From the IMG/VR virus record IMGVR_UViG_3300020202_000006, positions 1 to 56,808 of that record: 56,808 nt of DNA; one strand, given 5' to 3'. This DNA is from a virus (Duplodnaviria > Caudoviricetes). A program made the position numbers and the translations under genes. Below are positions 25,062-35,271 of the stretch, piece by piece (positions within the stretch are counted from its first letter, which is position 1; each line of letters starts with the position of its first letter). The notes beneath the pieces are model-generated. The model saw only the letters and a list, made by a program, of their open reading frames with translations. It searched no databases and had not been told where the DNA came from.

Positions 25062-27119
25062 GTGCAGTTCAAGAACCCGGCGCAGTTCAAAGACTTCATC
25101 ACCGAGGCCCGCAGGAGCGCCGAGGGCTATCGCCTCGCCCTGGCCCAGCGCACCGCCATCGACGAGTGTTATTACGAGGCCGTCCAGTGGCTCACCGACG
25201 CGGCCTCCCGCTACGGCCACCTCAACACCTCCACCGGCCAGCTCTACACCTCCATCAACCCCGACATCCCCAAGCTCCGCGTCACCCGCAACCGCGTCAC
25301 CCGCTACATCTCGCAGGTCGCCGTCGCCACCCGCCCCGAGCGGCTGGAGTACAGCGTCCCCCCCTCGCCCCGCGACGCCGGGCCCGCCGGCGCCCACAAG
25401 GCCCAGCTCCTCGAAGACCTGCTCACCGCCGCGTCCGACGCCTGCGGGCTCGTCGAGGCCGCCCGCGTCGCCAACTTCCGCCGCTGCGTCACCGGCACCT
25501 ACGGCCTGGGCCTGGCCGCCAAGATCCAGCCCCGCCGCCTCTCCATCGCCGGGCAGGACGTGCAGATGCGGGACTCCAAGGTGGAGGCGTTCGCCTTCCA
25601 CCCCCTGCGGCTGGTCCTGGACCCCCACAACCAGAGCCCCGACCTGCGGCGACACGAGTACGTCGCGTACACCGACGTGTGGTCCGCCGCCAAGATCCGC
25701 CGGATGTACCCCGGCGTCACGCTCGACGAGAACATGCTCAAGACCGTGGGGAGCCTGACGCCCCACGAGCAGAACGCCCACGCGCTCAGCGCCGGGCGTC
25801 TCTTCCGGCGCTACGCCGACATGGCGAGCACCAAGGGCGCCCGCGTCTACCAGCTGCACTGCAAGGACGAGACGGGCCGCTTCGGGCTGATGTACTGCGC
25901 CATCGAGACCGCCGACGGCGAGTACCGGGTCGTCAATATGGAGGAGCCCGTCAGCCCCTTCGGCGGGTGCGGGCTCCCCCTGGTCCTGCTGCACGCGACC
26001 CCCCGCGCGGACGCGATGTGGTCCGTCTCGGACGTGTCGCTCATCAAGGACGACCAGGACTCGGTCAACCTGGCCTACTCGATGTGGTGGCGGACGCTCC
26101 AGCGGTACACCGCCCCGCAGTGGGTGGTGGACCTGCGGTTCTTCGGGAACCCCTCCCAGACCGAGGACGTCACCCACCTCTTCCACAACAAGGTCGGCGC
26201 CATCATCCAGGGCAAGCCGACGATGGACGCCAAGCCCCCGCAGCTCGTGGCGCCCCCGCCCCCGCAGGCGGCGATCATGGAGTCCGCCGACCGCGCCGAC
26301 CGGGACATGGCGGCCAACACCAGCGTCCCCGACCAGAAGTACGGCCAGGGCGTCAAGAGCCACGTCCCCGACGCCGCGTACCAGACCCTCCTCCGCCAGG
26401 CCGACCACAAGCACGCCGCCCGCGTCAGCGACGACAGCGCGGCCTACGTCGCCTTCGCCCAGATGCTCCTGGGCACCACCCTCCGCGAGGTCCACGCGCA
26501 GACCCCCTCGACGCTGGCGATGCTCGCCAAGGCCGGATTCGACGGGGAGGATTTCTCGGCCCTCCTGGAGTGCGACCCCGGCGCCGACTACGCCGTCGAA
26601 CTCAGCGAGAGCAGCGTGCGGTTCCGGTCGGCGGCCGAGAAGCGCGAGGAGTTGCAGACCGCCGCCCAGGTCCAGATGGTCACGCCGTACCAGTACCGCC
26701 GGGCGATGGCGGACCTGGACATGGCGCTCACCACCGAGGACGCGGAGATGACGCGGAAGATCCAGCGCGCCATCGTCCGCCTCTTGCAGGGCGTCCCCTG
26801 GCGGCCCCTGGACCTGGGGGAGTTCAACGAGTGGTGCCTGGCCGAACTCCGCAAGGCCCAGTTCGACCGCCGGGCCGAGCAGGACGAGTCCGTGGCGACG
26901 CTGGTGCAGGAGGCCATCGCCGTCCAGACCCAGCTCGGCGTCCAGGCGGCCATGATGCAGGCCCAGGCCGAGGCCCCCCCGGCCCCGCAGGCGGCCCCCG
27001 GGGCGGATACGCAACAGAATACGCAACAGCCGCCCCAACTCCTGTCCGATGTGTTGGCTATGCTATCGGGTGAGACAAGCAATAGCGGCGGCCAGGCGGC
27101 CCAACCCGCTGTTGCGTAA
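25062..27119 (+). CDS. Portal protein (large, P22-like)
   Basis: 685 aa between terminase and scaffold; TRNRVTRYISQV and Gln/Ala/Pro-rich C-terminal tail. Confidence 0.8.
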   Translation: MQFKNPAQFKDFITEARRSAEGYRLALAQRTAIDECYYEAVQWLTDAASRYGHLNTSTGQLYTSINPDIPKLRVTRNRVTRYISQVAVATRPERLEYSVPPSPRDAGPAGAHKAQLLEDLLTAASDACGLVEAARVANFRRCVTGTYGLGLAAKIQPRRLSIAGQDVQMRDSKVEAFAFHPLRLVLDPHNQSPDLRRHEYVAYTDVWSAAKIRRMYPGVTLDENMLKTVGSLTPHEQNAHALSAGRLFRRYADMASTKGARVYQLHCKDETGRFGLMYCAIETADGEYRVVNMEEPVSPFGGCGLPLVLLHATPRADAMWSVSDVSLIKDDQDSVNLAYSMWWRTLQRYTAPQWVVDLRFFGNPSQTEDVTHLFHNKVGAIIQGKPTMDAKPPQLVAPPPPQAAIMESADRADRDMAANTSVPDQKYGQGVKSHVPDAAYQTLLRQADHKHAARVSDDSAAYVAFAQMLLGTTLREVHAQTPSTLAMLAKAGFDGEDFSALLECDPGADYAVELSESSVRFRSAAEKREELQTAAQVQMVTPYQYRRAMADLDMALTTEDAEMTRKIQRAIVRLLQGVPWRPLDLGEFNEWCLAELRKAQFDRRAEQDESVATLVQEAIAVQTQLGVQAAMMQAQAEAPPAPQAAPGADTQQNTQQPPQLLSDVLAMLSGETSNSGGQAAQPAVA

Positions 27120-27176
27120 GAGCCGGACCCAACCCGCGGCCTGTTGCTTGTGGCGGTCCTGCTTCGGAGACGTTCC

Positions 27177-27998
27177 GTGAGCGATCTTGCTAGCCAGGGT
27201 GTCGGTGCGGCCGGGCAACCCGCGCAATCCGCGGCCCCGCAACCCGCGCAGGCCGGAGGCGTGCAGGCGCCGTCTTTCAACCCCGAGGAGGTCGGGCGTT
27301 GGAAGCGAGGGGCCGAGCAGTACGAGGGCGTGCGGGGCTTTGTGACCAAGGCCCAGCAGTTCGGGATCAAGGGCGAGAAGGAACTCGAAGCGTGGGGTCC
27401 GTTGGTGACCCACGCGCAGAGGCAAGGCTGGGGGCCCGACCGGCTCATGGCCGCCTTCTTTCCCCAGCAGCCCGAGCCGCAGCACGCCCAGAGCCAGTTC
27501 GACCCCGAGGAGTTCGAGAAGGGCCTGATGGAGAAGCTGTCGGCGCGGGAACGCGAGAGGATGGAGAAGGAGCATCAGCGGGCGCTGGACGCCGAGTACG
27601 GCGAGCTGGCGGACGAAAAGCTCTTCGCCTCCCACCTCAAGGGCGTCCCCAAGCCGCTCCAGCCCCTCTACGCCGAACTGCTCCGCGCGCGGTATTCCGC
27701 GGCGCGCCAGCCGTACCCCGAGGACCACGCCCTGAAAGGGATGCACGGGCCCGCGGGGCGGACCTTCCTGGACTCCGTCCCCAAGACCATCGCGGAGTGG
27801 GACAAGGCCGTCAAGGCCGCCCAGATGAACGCGATCGCGGAGGCCGCGCAGAAGCCCGGCGCCGCGCCCCCCGCCGGGAGTGCCGGCGGCCAGGGGGCAC
27901 CTGACAAGACCAAAGACCCTCGGCGGGCCCAGGGCCTGCCGAGCAGAGAGGAGATCGAGGCGTCGCACGCGCAGCGGGTTGCCGCGCGGTCGCGCTGA
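27177..27998 (+). CDS. Capsid scaffolding protein
   Basis: Low-complexity ends, helical charged core, directly before the capsid gene. Confidence 0.7.
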   Translation: MSDLASQGVGAAGQPAQSAAPQPAQAGGVQAPSFNPEEVGRWKRGAEQYEGVRGFVTKAQQFGIKGEKELEAWGPLVTHAQRQGWGPDRLMAAFFPQQPEPQHAQSQFDPEEFEKGLMEKLSARERERMEKEHQRALDAEYGELADEKLFASHLKGVPKPLQPLYAELLRARYSAARQPYPEDHALKGMHGPAGRTFLDSVPKTIAEWDKAVKAAQMNAIAEAAQKPGAAPPAGSAGGQGAPDKTKDPRRAQGLPSREEIEASHAQRVAARSR

Positions 27999-28018
27999 GG
28001 CTCCGGGAGTGAAGGCTC

Positions 28019-29422
28019 ATGGCCGAGCCCCTTGACAGTGCAGTCTTTCTGGAAGACGCGACCGCGATCGTCCAGCAGCAATACTTCGGGAAGTACGAGG
28101 AGCAGTACGCCGACCGCTTCGGCTCGGTGACCAACAAGCTCTTCACGCCCGAGTCCGAGGCGATCTCGGGCGACGGCAAGACCATGCAGTTCGAGCTGGG
28201 GCCCGCCGACAGCGTGCGCTTCCAGATCGACCCGCTGGGCAACATCGCCAACCCCCAGAACCTGGAGGCCGGCACGCTCAAGGTGCGGTGGAACCGCACC
28301 AACACGGCGCTGCACGACTTCACGCTGGCGACCGCCCGCGTGCAGTTCGACATCTACACGATCGAGAACCACGCCAGGGGCACCATCGTCGACCTGGCCG
28401 ACCGGATCTACCGCTCGGTGCAGGACGACTTCGACGAGAAGCTGGCGATCATGCGGCACGCCGGTCGCACCGCCCAGCTCTGCCTCGTCGACGGCACGCC
28501 CCGGCAGAACGACCGCGAGACGTGGGCCGACGCCGCCGCCACGCCCACCAACACCACGGGGATGCGGGTCAAGATCGACACCGGCTCGATCGCCACCATC
28601 CGCCCCAACGGCCGCTACGACTTCATCCGCCCCGCCACCGGCGCCGTCATCGCCGGCAACGTGCGCTGCACGGACATCCCCAACTTCACCGAGAAGTCCG
28701 CGGGCTTCGAGTTCATCACCTCGGGCCTGACGGGCGAGCTGTCCACCGGCAACCTGGCCAACGTCGCGGACAACGACATCGTCGTCTTCTCCGGCACGTA
28801 CAACCAGGGCATCTGGTCCTTCGGCGCGTACTTCTCGGCCCCCTCCGCGGGCGAGACGTTCATCGGCGGCATGGACCGCACCGACGCCGGCAACCGCTGG
28901 GCGATCACCCAGCGGCTCGACGCGGCCAGCGCGCGGATCAACAAGTCGCACTTCAACGACATGGCCATCGCCATGGGCTTCCTCTCCGAGAAGCGCCGCG
29001 CCGGCACGGTGTGGATGTCGGACCCGACCCAGCACCAGCGCCTCCGCGAGGAGCTGGGCGAGGAGTCGTTCATCCAGCTCCCCATCGGCGACGACCGCGC
29101 CGAGCGCTTTATGAACTTCGGGTCCGTCGGCCTGAACTACCAGCACGGCACGTTCGGCACGGTGAAGATCGTGTCCGACGGCCTGGCGCGGCAGGACCGC
29201 ATCCTGATCCTCCAGAACGACACGTGGAAGGCGCTGTACTACGGCTGGAAGGGCCTGCGCGCCCTGCCCGCCGACGGCGGCGGCCACTGGTACCGGATGA
29301 ACCAGGGCACGCCCAACACCGGCCGCGGCCTCATCAAGTGCGCGGACTGGGCCGGCAACTGCTGCGATTGGTGCACCCGCCCGTGGCAGAACGGCGTCAT
29401 CCACAGCCTCGCGGTCTCCTGA
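28019..29422 (+). CDS. Major capsid protein
   Basis: 467 aa, extreme codon bias, follows scaffold, followed by a terminator. Confidence 0.8.
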   Translation: MAEPLDSAVFLEDATAIVQQQYFGKYEEQYADRFGSVTNKLFTPESEAISGDGKTMQFELGPADSVRFQIDPLGNIANPQNLEAGTLKVRWNRTNTALHDFTLATARVQFDIYTIENHARGTIVDLADRIYRSVQDDFDEKLAIMRHAGRTAQLCLVDGTPRQNDRETWADAAATPTNTTGMRVKIDTGSIATIRPNGRYDFIRPATGAVIAGNVRCTDIPNFTEKSAGFEFITSGLTGELSTGNLANVADNDIVVFSGTYNQGIWSFGAYFSAPSAGETFIGGMDRTDAGNRWAITQRLDAASARINKSHFNDMAIAMGFLSEKRRAGTVWMSDPTQHQRLREELGEESFIQLPIGDDRAERFMNFGSVGLNYQHGTFGTVKIVSDGLARQDRILILQNDTWKALYYGWKGLRALPADGGGHWYRMNQGTPNTGRGLIKCADWAGNCCDWCTRPWQNGVIHSLAVS

Positions 29423-29436
29423 TCTGCTGTTCTCGC

Positions 29437-29472
29437 TCCCCCTCGCGCTTCGCAAGGAGCGCGGGGGGTTTC
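29437..29472 (+). terminator. Terminator after the capsid gene
   Basis: CCCCCTCGCGCT...AGCGCGGGGGG-TTT. Confidence 0.55.
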
Positions 29473-29474
29473 AG

Positions 29475-29933
29475 ATGACGTACGACCGACGCTATCCGTG
29501 GATGGCCCCCATCGACCGCGCGGGCTTCCGCTTCGGACTCGACGCCCTGCGCGTGCGCAGGAACGCGGGCGAGGTGGCCAAGCGCACCGGCACCAACGCC
29601 TTCTACAACGCCGCGCGCGACGAGGTGCTGTTCGCCTACGGCGACGAGCCCTGCGGCGGGCCGCTGGCGGTGGGCGCCGAGGAGGTGCAGCGCTGGCACC
29701 AGGGCCGCATCGACGACGCCGTGCTCTACGTGAACATGGGCAAGGCCGACCGGCGCGAGAAGGACCGCATCGCCGAGCGGAACGCGCGGCTGGAGAAGCG
29801 GCAGCGGGAAGAGAAGCGCGACAAGGAGCTGGCCGACCGTCGGCCGGACGCAACCGACTACGCCGGCTTCCTCGACCGGGAGCGGCGCGGCACCCGCAAG
29901 GTGGTGTCGTGTAGTGCAGGAGTGACCCCATGA
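29475..29933 (+). CDS. Hypothetical protein
   Basis: Charged C-terminal helix; ATGA coupling. Confidence 0.7.
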   Translation: MTYDRRYPWMAPIDRAGFRFGLDALRVRRNAGEVAKRTGTNAFYNAARDEVLFAYGDEPCGGPLAVGAEEVQRWHQGRIDDAVLYVNMGKADRREKDRIAERNARLEKRQREEKRDKELADRRPDATDYAGFLDRERRGTRKVVSCSAGVTP

Positions 29934-30268
29934 GCATGTGGAGCCGTCTCAAGTCCCTGGCCGGCGGCGACCGGACGCGGTACACGCTGGCCTCCGCCGC
30001 GGCCCTCGCCATCCCCGACGACACCAACTTCGTCACCGTCACGGGCACCACCGCCGTCACGTCCCTGAGCGTGACGGCGAGCGCGCGCAACCGTGAGATC
30101 ACGATCCTCGGCGGCGCCAGCGCGGCCGTCAGTTTCACCAACACCAACAGCCCCTCGGCGGGACAGATGTACCTCCGCGGGTCCGACCGGCTTGTGTCGG
30201 AGGATGTCGTGCTCAAGCTGCTTGTGAAGGCGGACGGCACGGTCACGCTCATCAGTTTCACCGGCTGA
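29930..30268 (+). CDS. Putative head decoration/fibre protein
   Basis: LASAAALAIP..TNFVTVTGTTAVTSL beta-rich motif. Confidence 0.6.
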   Translation: MSMWSRLKSLAGGDRTRYTLASAAALAIPDDTNFVTVTGTTAVTSLSVTASARNREITILGGASAAVSFTNTNSPSAGQMYLRGSDRLVSEDVVLKLLVKADGTVTLISFTG

Positions 30269-30338
30269 ACCCCGGCTCGTCGCCGGGGCCGACACCCAGG
30301 GCGCGGGGTAACGCGCCGTCAGTTGCAAGGAGCGCAAC

Positions 30339-30962
30339 ATGTCCGCACCGTCCACCACCCCCAGCACCACCTTCGAGTCGAGCGCCGCGTGGTACAGCGG
30401 CCGGAAGGCCATCCGCTACCGCCAGCGCGTGACCCTCACGCACGGCCAGAGCATCATCGCCTGCGGCTTCAACATCCCGGCCAAGAGCCGGGTCATCCAC
30501 TCCCACGTCCGCAACGCCGGCACCAACAACGCCGTCTCGGGCGCCATCGGCGGCACGGCCCCCAACGCCGTCGCGCTGGTGATGTTCCCGACCTCCAACG
30601 CCGCGGCCACCTCGGTCCTGACCGCCTCGCCCACCACGGCGAGCCAGTCCAACCCCGGCGGCACCAACGGCTACATGCTCGCCATCACGCCCGGCACCGG
30701 CACGTCCGAGACCAACGGCGTCTGGCGCGGGCCCCCGCTCATCGAGACGATGGCGACCAACGCCCCCGGCGTCAACCGCAACCCCGTCGACGCCTTCCTC
30801 GCGCTCGTGCCGGCGCACACCTCGTCCAACCGCATCCAGGTCAACAGCGCCGCGACCGACTCGGGGTACTACTTCGGCACCACCAACGCCGCGAACACCA
30901 GCTCCCCGGGCTCGGTCGACGTGGTCCTCTACGTCGAGACGTACGACGACTACCCGTCCTGA
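30339..30962 (+). CDS. Putative virion structural protein
   Basis: AAGGAG SD; Thr/Ser/Asn/Gly-rich. Confidence 0.7.
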   Translation: MSAPSTTPSTTFESSAAWYSGRKAIRYRQRVTLTHGQSIIACGFNIPAKSRVIHSHVRNAGTNNAVSGAIGGTAPNAVALVMFPTSNAAATSVLTASPTTASQSNPGGTNGYMLAITPGTGTSETNGVWRGPPLIETMATNAPGVNRNPVDAFLALVPAHTSSNRIQVNSAATDSGYYFGTTNAANTSSPGSVDVVLYVETYDDYPS

Positions 30963-31002
30963 GCGGGCGGGCCGGATCCTGTATCAAAAGGGAAACACAG
31001 GA

Positions 31003-33042
31003 ATGGACCCTCAGACTCTCACGGGCTCAACGGCCCCTTTTGATGGACCGGGCGGCGGGGTCGCTCCCCGCGCCGGTCTTCCTTCCTCTGGGCCGCCCCT
31101 CGACGAGGGGTGCGTCTGGGTTGCCCTGCACGCCAAGGGGTGGCAGGAGGGCGAGCAGGGCGTCATCGAGACGATCATCGACCACCTCGAAGACCACATC
31201 CCCGCCGAGCAGCGGTGGGTGGTCGAGTTCGGCGCCGGCGAGGGCTCGGCCGCGCTCCCCGTCACCGTCGCCCCCCTCTGCGTGCGCGAGGGGTGGAAGT
31301 CGCTGCTCATCGAGCCCCACCCGCAGGTCCGCCAGCGGCTGACGCGCAACGCCCCCTCGCGGTGCGTCATCGACGGCTCGTGCGTCCTGCCCGACGGCGA
31401 GAACACCATCGACGCCATCATGGCCCGCCACGAGTGCCACCCCAATCCGGCGGTGATGGTGGTGGACGTGGACTCGATCGAGTACCACATCGTCGAGGCG
31501 ATGGAGAGCCGGCCGATCGTGCTCTGCGTCGAGACGCTGGACCTGAACAGCCCCAGGCACAGGGAGTCGCCGCTGGAGCCGTACGTGCCCGAGCGGCACG
31601 AGTCGGGCACCATCCTCGACGACGACTTCGGCACCCAGCTCCAGGCCAACGCCGCGGCGTTCGACGCCCTGCTGGGCGCCCGCGGGTACAAGCTGGTCTT
31701 CCGCACCCGATTCAACAGCGTCTACGTGCGGGACGACCTGACGCCCCGCCTGCGCAAGCGCAAGCTCAACCTGGGCGCGGGCCCCACCGTCTTCCCGGGC
31801 TACGAGGCCCTGGACATCAAGACCGGCACCGACATCCGCAAGCTCGACCTGCCCGACTGCTCGGTGGACGAGGTCTACTGCTCGCACGTCCTGGAGCACT
31901 TCCCCTACGAGGAGCGCCTGGCGATCGTGAAGGAGTGGGTGCGGGTCCTCAAGCCCTGGGGCTCGCTCAAGATCGCGGTCCCCGACATGACCAAGCTGGC
32001 CAGGGCCATCGTCTCCGACGAGCCCGAGCAGCCCCTCTCGTACCTGGAGTCGGTGGTCTACGGCGGGCACAACGACGCCAACGACCACCACCGGGCGATG
32101 TTCACGGCGGCGACGCTGGCGAAGCTGATGAACGACGCGGGCGTGGGGTCGGTCGCCCCCTTCAAGCCCTTCATGCCCGACTGCTCGCAGAACCCCTACT
32201 CGCTGAACCTGGAGGGCGTGAAGCGCTGGTATCCCAGGGTGGAGAAGCCCCGGATCGCGCTGGTGATGAGCCAGCCCGAGCTGACGCACACCTGCCACGA
32301 GGAGAGCCTGGTCCGGCTGGCGCAGAGGATCGGCTTCGAGATCGTCCCCTGCAAGGGCGCGTTCTGGGACCGCGACGTGACGATCGGCACGCAGCACGCC
32401 ATCGCCACGCACAACCCCGACTTCCTGCTCTACAGCGACTACGACAGCGTCTTCGAGCCCGAGGACGTGCAGAAGCTCATCGACGCGATGAACGCCGACC
32501 CCACGCTGGCGGCGATCGGCAGCGTGCAGATGAGCCGGCACAACGACGCGCCGCTGGTCTTCGACCCCGAGTGGGACTACTCGGGGGAGATCTGCCGGGT
32601 GCGCTACTCGCACTTCGGGCTGACGCTGATCCGCCGCGAGGTCTTCGAGGAGATGCCCCAGCCGTGGTTCTGGTCCGTGCCGGGCCGGACGCCCGAGGGC
32701 GGGTGGGACTGGCAGGCGTGGGGCCGCACGGACGCGGACATCACGTTCTGGCGGAACTGCGACATCCTGGGGCTGAAGGTCTGCCAGCACAACGGCGTGT
32801 GCATCGGGCACAGCATCCGCGCCATCAAGTACCCCTGCGACAAGGGCAAGGGCGTGATGCTCGTGCCCATCGAGAACTACCGCCGGCAGGGCAAGCCCAA
32901 GGCCGCGGCGTTCAACCCCGCGCTGTACCGCAAGAGGCCCGAGCCGGCGCCGGTGCCGGCGCCCCCCGCCGACTTCCTGGCCGCGGCGACCAACGCCGTG
33001 CGTCCCGAGCCGCAAACCCCCGACGTGAGCGCGAGCCCGTGA
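31003..33042 (+). CDS. Three-domain enzyme: FkbM-like methyltransferase, class I SAM methyltransferase, GT-A glycosyltransferase
   Basis: VEFGAGEG and VDVDS; KLNLGAG, SHVLEH and RVLKPWG; YSDYDS (DxD), HFGLTLIRREVFE, DADITFW. Confidence 0.8.
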   Translation: MDPQTLTGSTAPFDGPGGGVAPRAGLPSSGPPLDEGCVWVALHAKGWQEGEQGVIETIIDHLEDHIPAEQRWVVEFGAGEGSAALPVTVAPLCVREGWKSLLIEPHPQVRQRLTRNAPSRCVIDGSCVLPDGENTIDAIMARHECHPNPAVMVVDVDSIEYHIVEAMESRPIVLCVETLDLNSPRHRESPLEPYVPERHESGTILDDDFGTQLQANAAAFDALLGARGYKLVFRTRFNSVYVRDDLTPRLRKRKLNLGAGPTVFPGYEALDIKTGTDIRKLDLPDCSVDEVYCSHVLEHFPYEERLAIVKEWVRVLKPWGSLKIAVPDMTKLARAIVSDEPEQPLSYLESVVYGGHNDANDHHRAMFTAATLAKLMNDAGVGSVAPFKPFMPDCSQNPYSLNLEGVKRWYPRVEKPRIALVMSQPELTHTCHEESLVRLAQRIGFEIVPCKGAFWDRDVTIGTQHAIATHNPDFLLYSDYDSVFEPEDVQKLIDAMNADPTLAAIGSVQMSRHNDAPLVFDPEWDYSGEICRVRYSHFGLTLIRREVFEEMPQPWFWSVPGRTPEGGWDWQAWGRTDADITFWRNCDILGLKVCQHNGVCIGHSIRAIKYPCDKGKGVMLVPIENYRRQGKPKAAAFNPALYRKRPEPAPVPAPPADFLAAATNAVRPEPQTPDVSASP

Positions 33043-34160
33043 GCAGCATCTCCTACGCCGCCGCCTTCCAGGACGAGATCGCCCTGCTGCTGACGGGCGG
33101 GCTGTACGCCGCCTGCACGACGGAGCAGAAGACGCTCATCGACGGCAACTCCACGGCCAGCCCCCCCACGCGGGGCGCGGCCAAGGGGGCGTGGGACAAG
33201 GCCGTCCTGACCGACTACTGGGTGCAGCGCGTGGCCGCGGGGTCCACGGCCCCGGACCTCGACGCGCGGCGGTGGTTCATCTGGGAGGCCGTCAAGCAGG
33301 CCGGGGTGCAGATGCGCCCCAACATGCTCGACGTGTACACCAAGAACGCCGCGGAGGCCGAGGCGCAGTACGTCGAGCAGGCCGCGCGCCTGGCCATCGA
33401 CGCCAGCCCGGCCAGCTCCACCGAGCCCTGGGCCGTCAACCAGCAGAACATCCGCCTCTACTGCCTCGCGCACCTCATCCGCCGCACGCCCCGCGTGCTC
33501 GCCCCCGTCGAGACCATCGACGCCGCGACCTACGCGGTGCTCGCCGAGCTGTGGGACGGCTTCGACTGGCCCTTCCGCCGGCGCCTGGTGACGATGGCGA
33601 TCACCACCAGCGAGACGGTGACGTTCTCGGTGGGGACCAACACGCAGAGCATCGACCGCCCCGCGACGCGGGAGTTCTACTACGGGCCCGACGACGAGGA
33701 GGAGTCGTGCCTGAAGTGGGCGGACGGGGACGACTTCGCGCAGCGCCGCGCGGCCAACGACGGGGACACGGGCCAGCCCCGCTGGTGGCGCTTCCAGTCC
33801 GCGGGCGACACGCTCACGCACTACTTCGTCCCGATCCCCGACGCCGCGTACGAGCTGACGGGCGAAATCTACATCACCGGCCCGGGCAACCCCAGCAGCG
33901 CGACGGACACGACCCCCTTCGCCCGGTTCCCCGCCAGCGTGCAGCCGCTCATCCGCGAGCTGGTGCTGGCCCGCGTGCTCAAGGAGATGCGGGCCGACGG
34001 CGGGCGGGAGGAGTGGGAGAAGGAGTGGGCGCGGGCGACGGAGATGTGCCTGCGGCTCGCCGACCAGGGGCGGCAGGACGACGTGCAGGTGGTCCGCGAC
34101 GAGGCCCGCGACTTCCTGGAGTACGACGGCGTGGGCGGGATGCTGGGGGGGCCGCTGTGA
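33039..34160 (+). CDS. Head-tail adaptor protein
   Basis: GTGA coupling; DWPF, GQPRWW and PIPDAAY motifs typical of adaptor proteins. Confidence 0.7.
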   Translation: MSSISYAAAFQDEIALLLTGGLYAACTTEQKTLIDGNSTASPPTRGAAKGAWDKAVLTDYWVQRVAAGSTAPDLDARRWFIWEAVKQAGVQMRPNMLDVYTKNAAEAEAQYVEQAARLAIDASPASSTEPWAVNQQNIRLYCLAHLIRRTPRVLAPVETIDAATYAVLAELWDGFDWPFRRRLVTMAITTSETVTFSVGTNTQSIDRPATREFYYGPDDEEESCLKWADGDDFAQRRAANDGDTGQPRWWRFQSAGDTLTHYFVPIPDAAYELTGEIYITGPGNPSSATDTTPFARFPASVQPLIRELVLARVLKEMRADGGREEWEKEWARATEMCLRLADQGRQDDVQVVRDEARDFLEYDGVGGMLGGPL

Positions 34161-34423
34161 ATCCCCCCACGCTCATGGACGCGCTGCTCCCCGCCGTCCG
34201 CAGGATGGCGGACGGGGCCGCATTGGACGTGGCCCGGCGGGTGCAGCGCGAGATGCTGGCCCCGACCAGGGGCGCCGCGTCCATCGAGCGCGTGGGCGAG
34301 GGGATGTACCTCGTCAGCGCGACCGGCCCCGGGCTGGCGGACAGGGAGTACGGGAACACGGGCGTGCCCGCCGAGCCCTTCGTGATGGACGCGGTCGGCC
34401 GCGCCGGGGGGGTGCTCTCGTGA
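34157..34423 (+). CDS. HK97 gp10-like neck protein (short)
   Basis: REYGNTGVPAEPFV matches the EYGT...A.PF motif. Confidence 0.6.
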   Translation: MNPPTLMDALLPAVRRMADGAALDVARRVQREMLAPTRGAASIERVGEGMYLVSATGPGLADREYGNTGVPAEPFVMDAVGRAGGVLS

Positions 34424-34872
34424 CGCTGGAGGAGGCGGTGTACTCGGCGGTCAGCGACGCCATCACGGGGGACACCGTGGCGGCGACGGGGCTGTTCAAC
34501 ACCACCAACCAGTACTACGTGCGGCGCCTCTCCCGCCAGGGGCACGGCGACGACCGCGACACGCACAACTACCCGCGCATCGAGGTGCAGTTCCCCCTGG
34601 ACGCGGCGGAGGACTCCTTCGCCCGCGGGTCCAACGCGGTGCTGTTCCGCCTCGTCGTCGTCACGCAGCGCGACGGGCACTTCCCGGCGGAGGACGCGGT
34701 GTGCAAGCGGGTGCGCGAGCTGCTGCACAACCAGACGCTCAACACGGACCCGACGGACTGGTCGCTCAACAAGCCGACCATCGTGCGCACGCTCCGCGGG
34801 CCCATCTCCGACACGGAAAAGCGCAAGGTGTTCGAGTTCAGGATCGGCGCCAGCCGCGATTCGGGGGCATGA
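34420..34872 (+). CDS. Tail terminator-like protein
   Basis: LEEAVYSAV, YPRI, VRELLHNQTL pattern and position. Confidence 0.65.
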   Translation: MTLEEAVYSAVSDAITGDTVAATGLFNTTNQYYVRRLSRQGHGDDRDTHNYPRIEVQFPLDAAEDSFARGSNAVLFRLVVVTQRDGHFPAEDAVCKRVRELLHNQTLNTDPTDWSLNKPTIVRTLRGPISDTEKRKVFEFRIGASRDSGA

Positions 34873-34875
34873 CCT

Positions 34876-35271
34876 ATGGCGATTCTCCGGGGCAACCAGG
34901 CGGCCTTCTCCTTCGCGGGGCAGACCATCACCACCATCGAGCACCACGCCTGGGAGGCCGACTTCCAGCGCCCGCAGCACGAGTCCACGCCCTTCGGCTA
35001 CGAGGGCACCCGCAACGAGATCGGCACCATCACCATCCGCGGCACCGTCCGCGGGTTCCGCGACTCCGCGGCCAACACCGCCGTCGTGCCGGACGGGACG
35101 GCGGGGACCATGACGCTGACGACGGTGAGCGGCAAGTCGTACGCCTTCAACGCCCGGCTCTACGGCATGGGCATCAGCGCCCTGTCGCTCAACGGCGGGC
35201 CCAACCAGCCCACGCAGTACTCCTTCATCTCCTCCGCCGCCAGCTCGGCGGCGCCGGTGACCACCGCCTGA
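34876..35271 (+). CDS. Tail tube protein (131 aa)
   Basis: GNQA..WEAD...ESTPFG...IG...GTVRG pattern of tube proteins. Confidence 0.7.
   Translation: MAILRGNQAAFSFAGQTITTIEHHAWEADFQRPQHESTPFGYEGTRNEIGTITIRGTVRGFRDSAANTAVVPDGTAGTMTLTTVSGKSYAFNARLYGMGISALSLNGGPNQPTQYSFISSAASSAAPVTTA

Noticed and set aside
31110-33038. 1016-aa ORF 31110-34160 as a single protein
   Set aside because: The first 640 codons are an Arg/Gly-rich off-frame of the transferase gene; the real gene starts at GTG 33039
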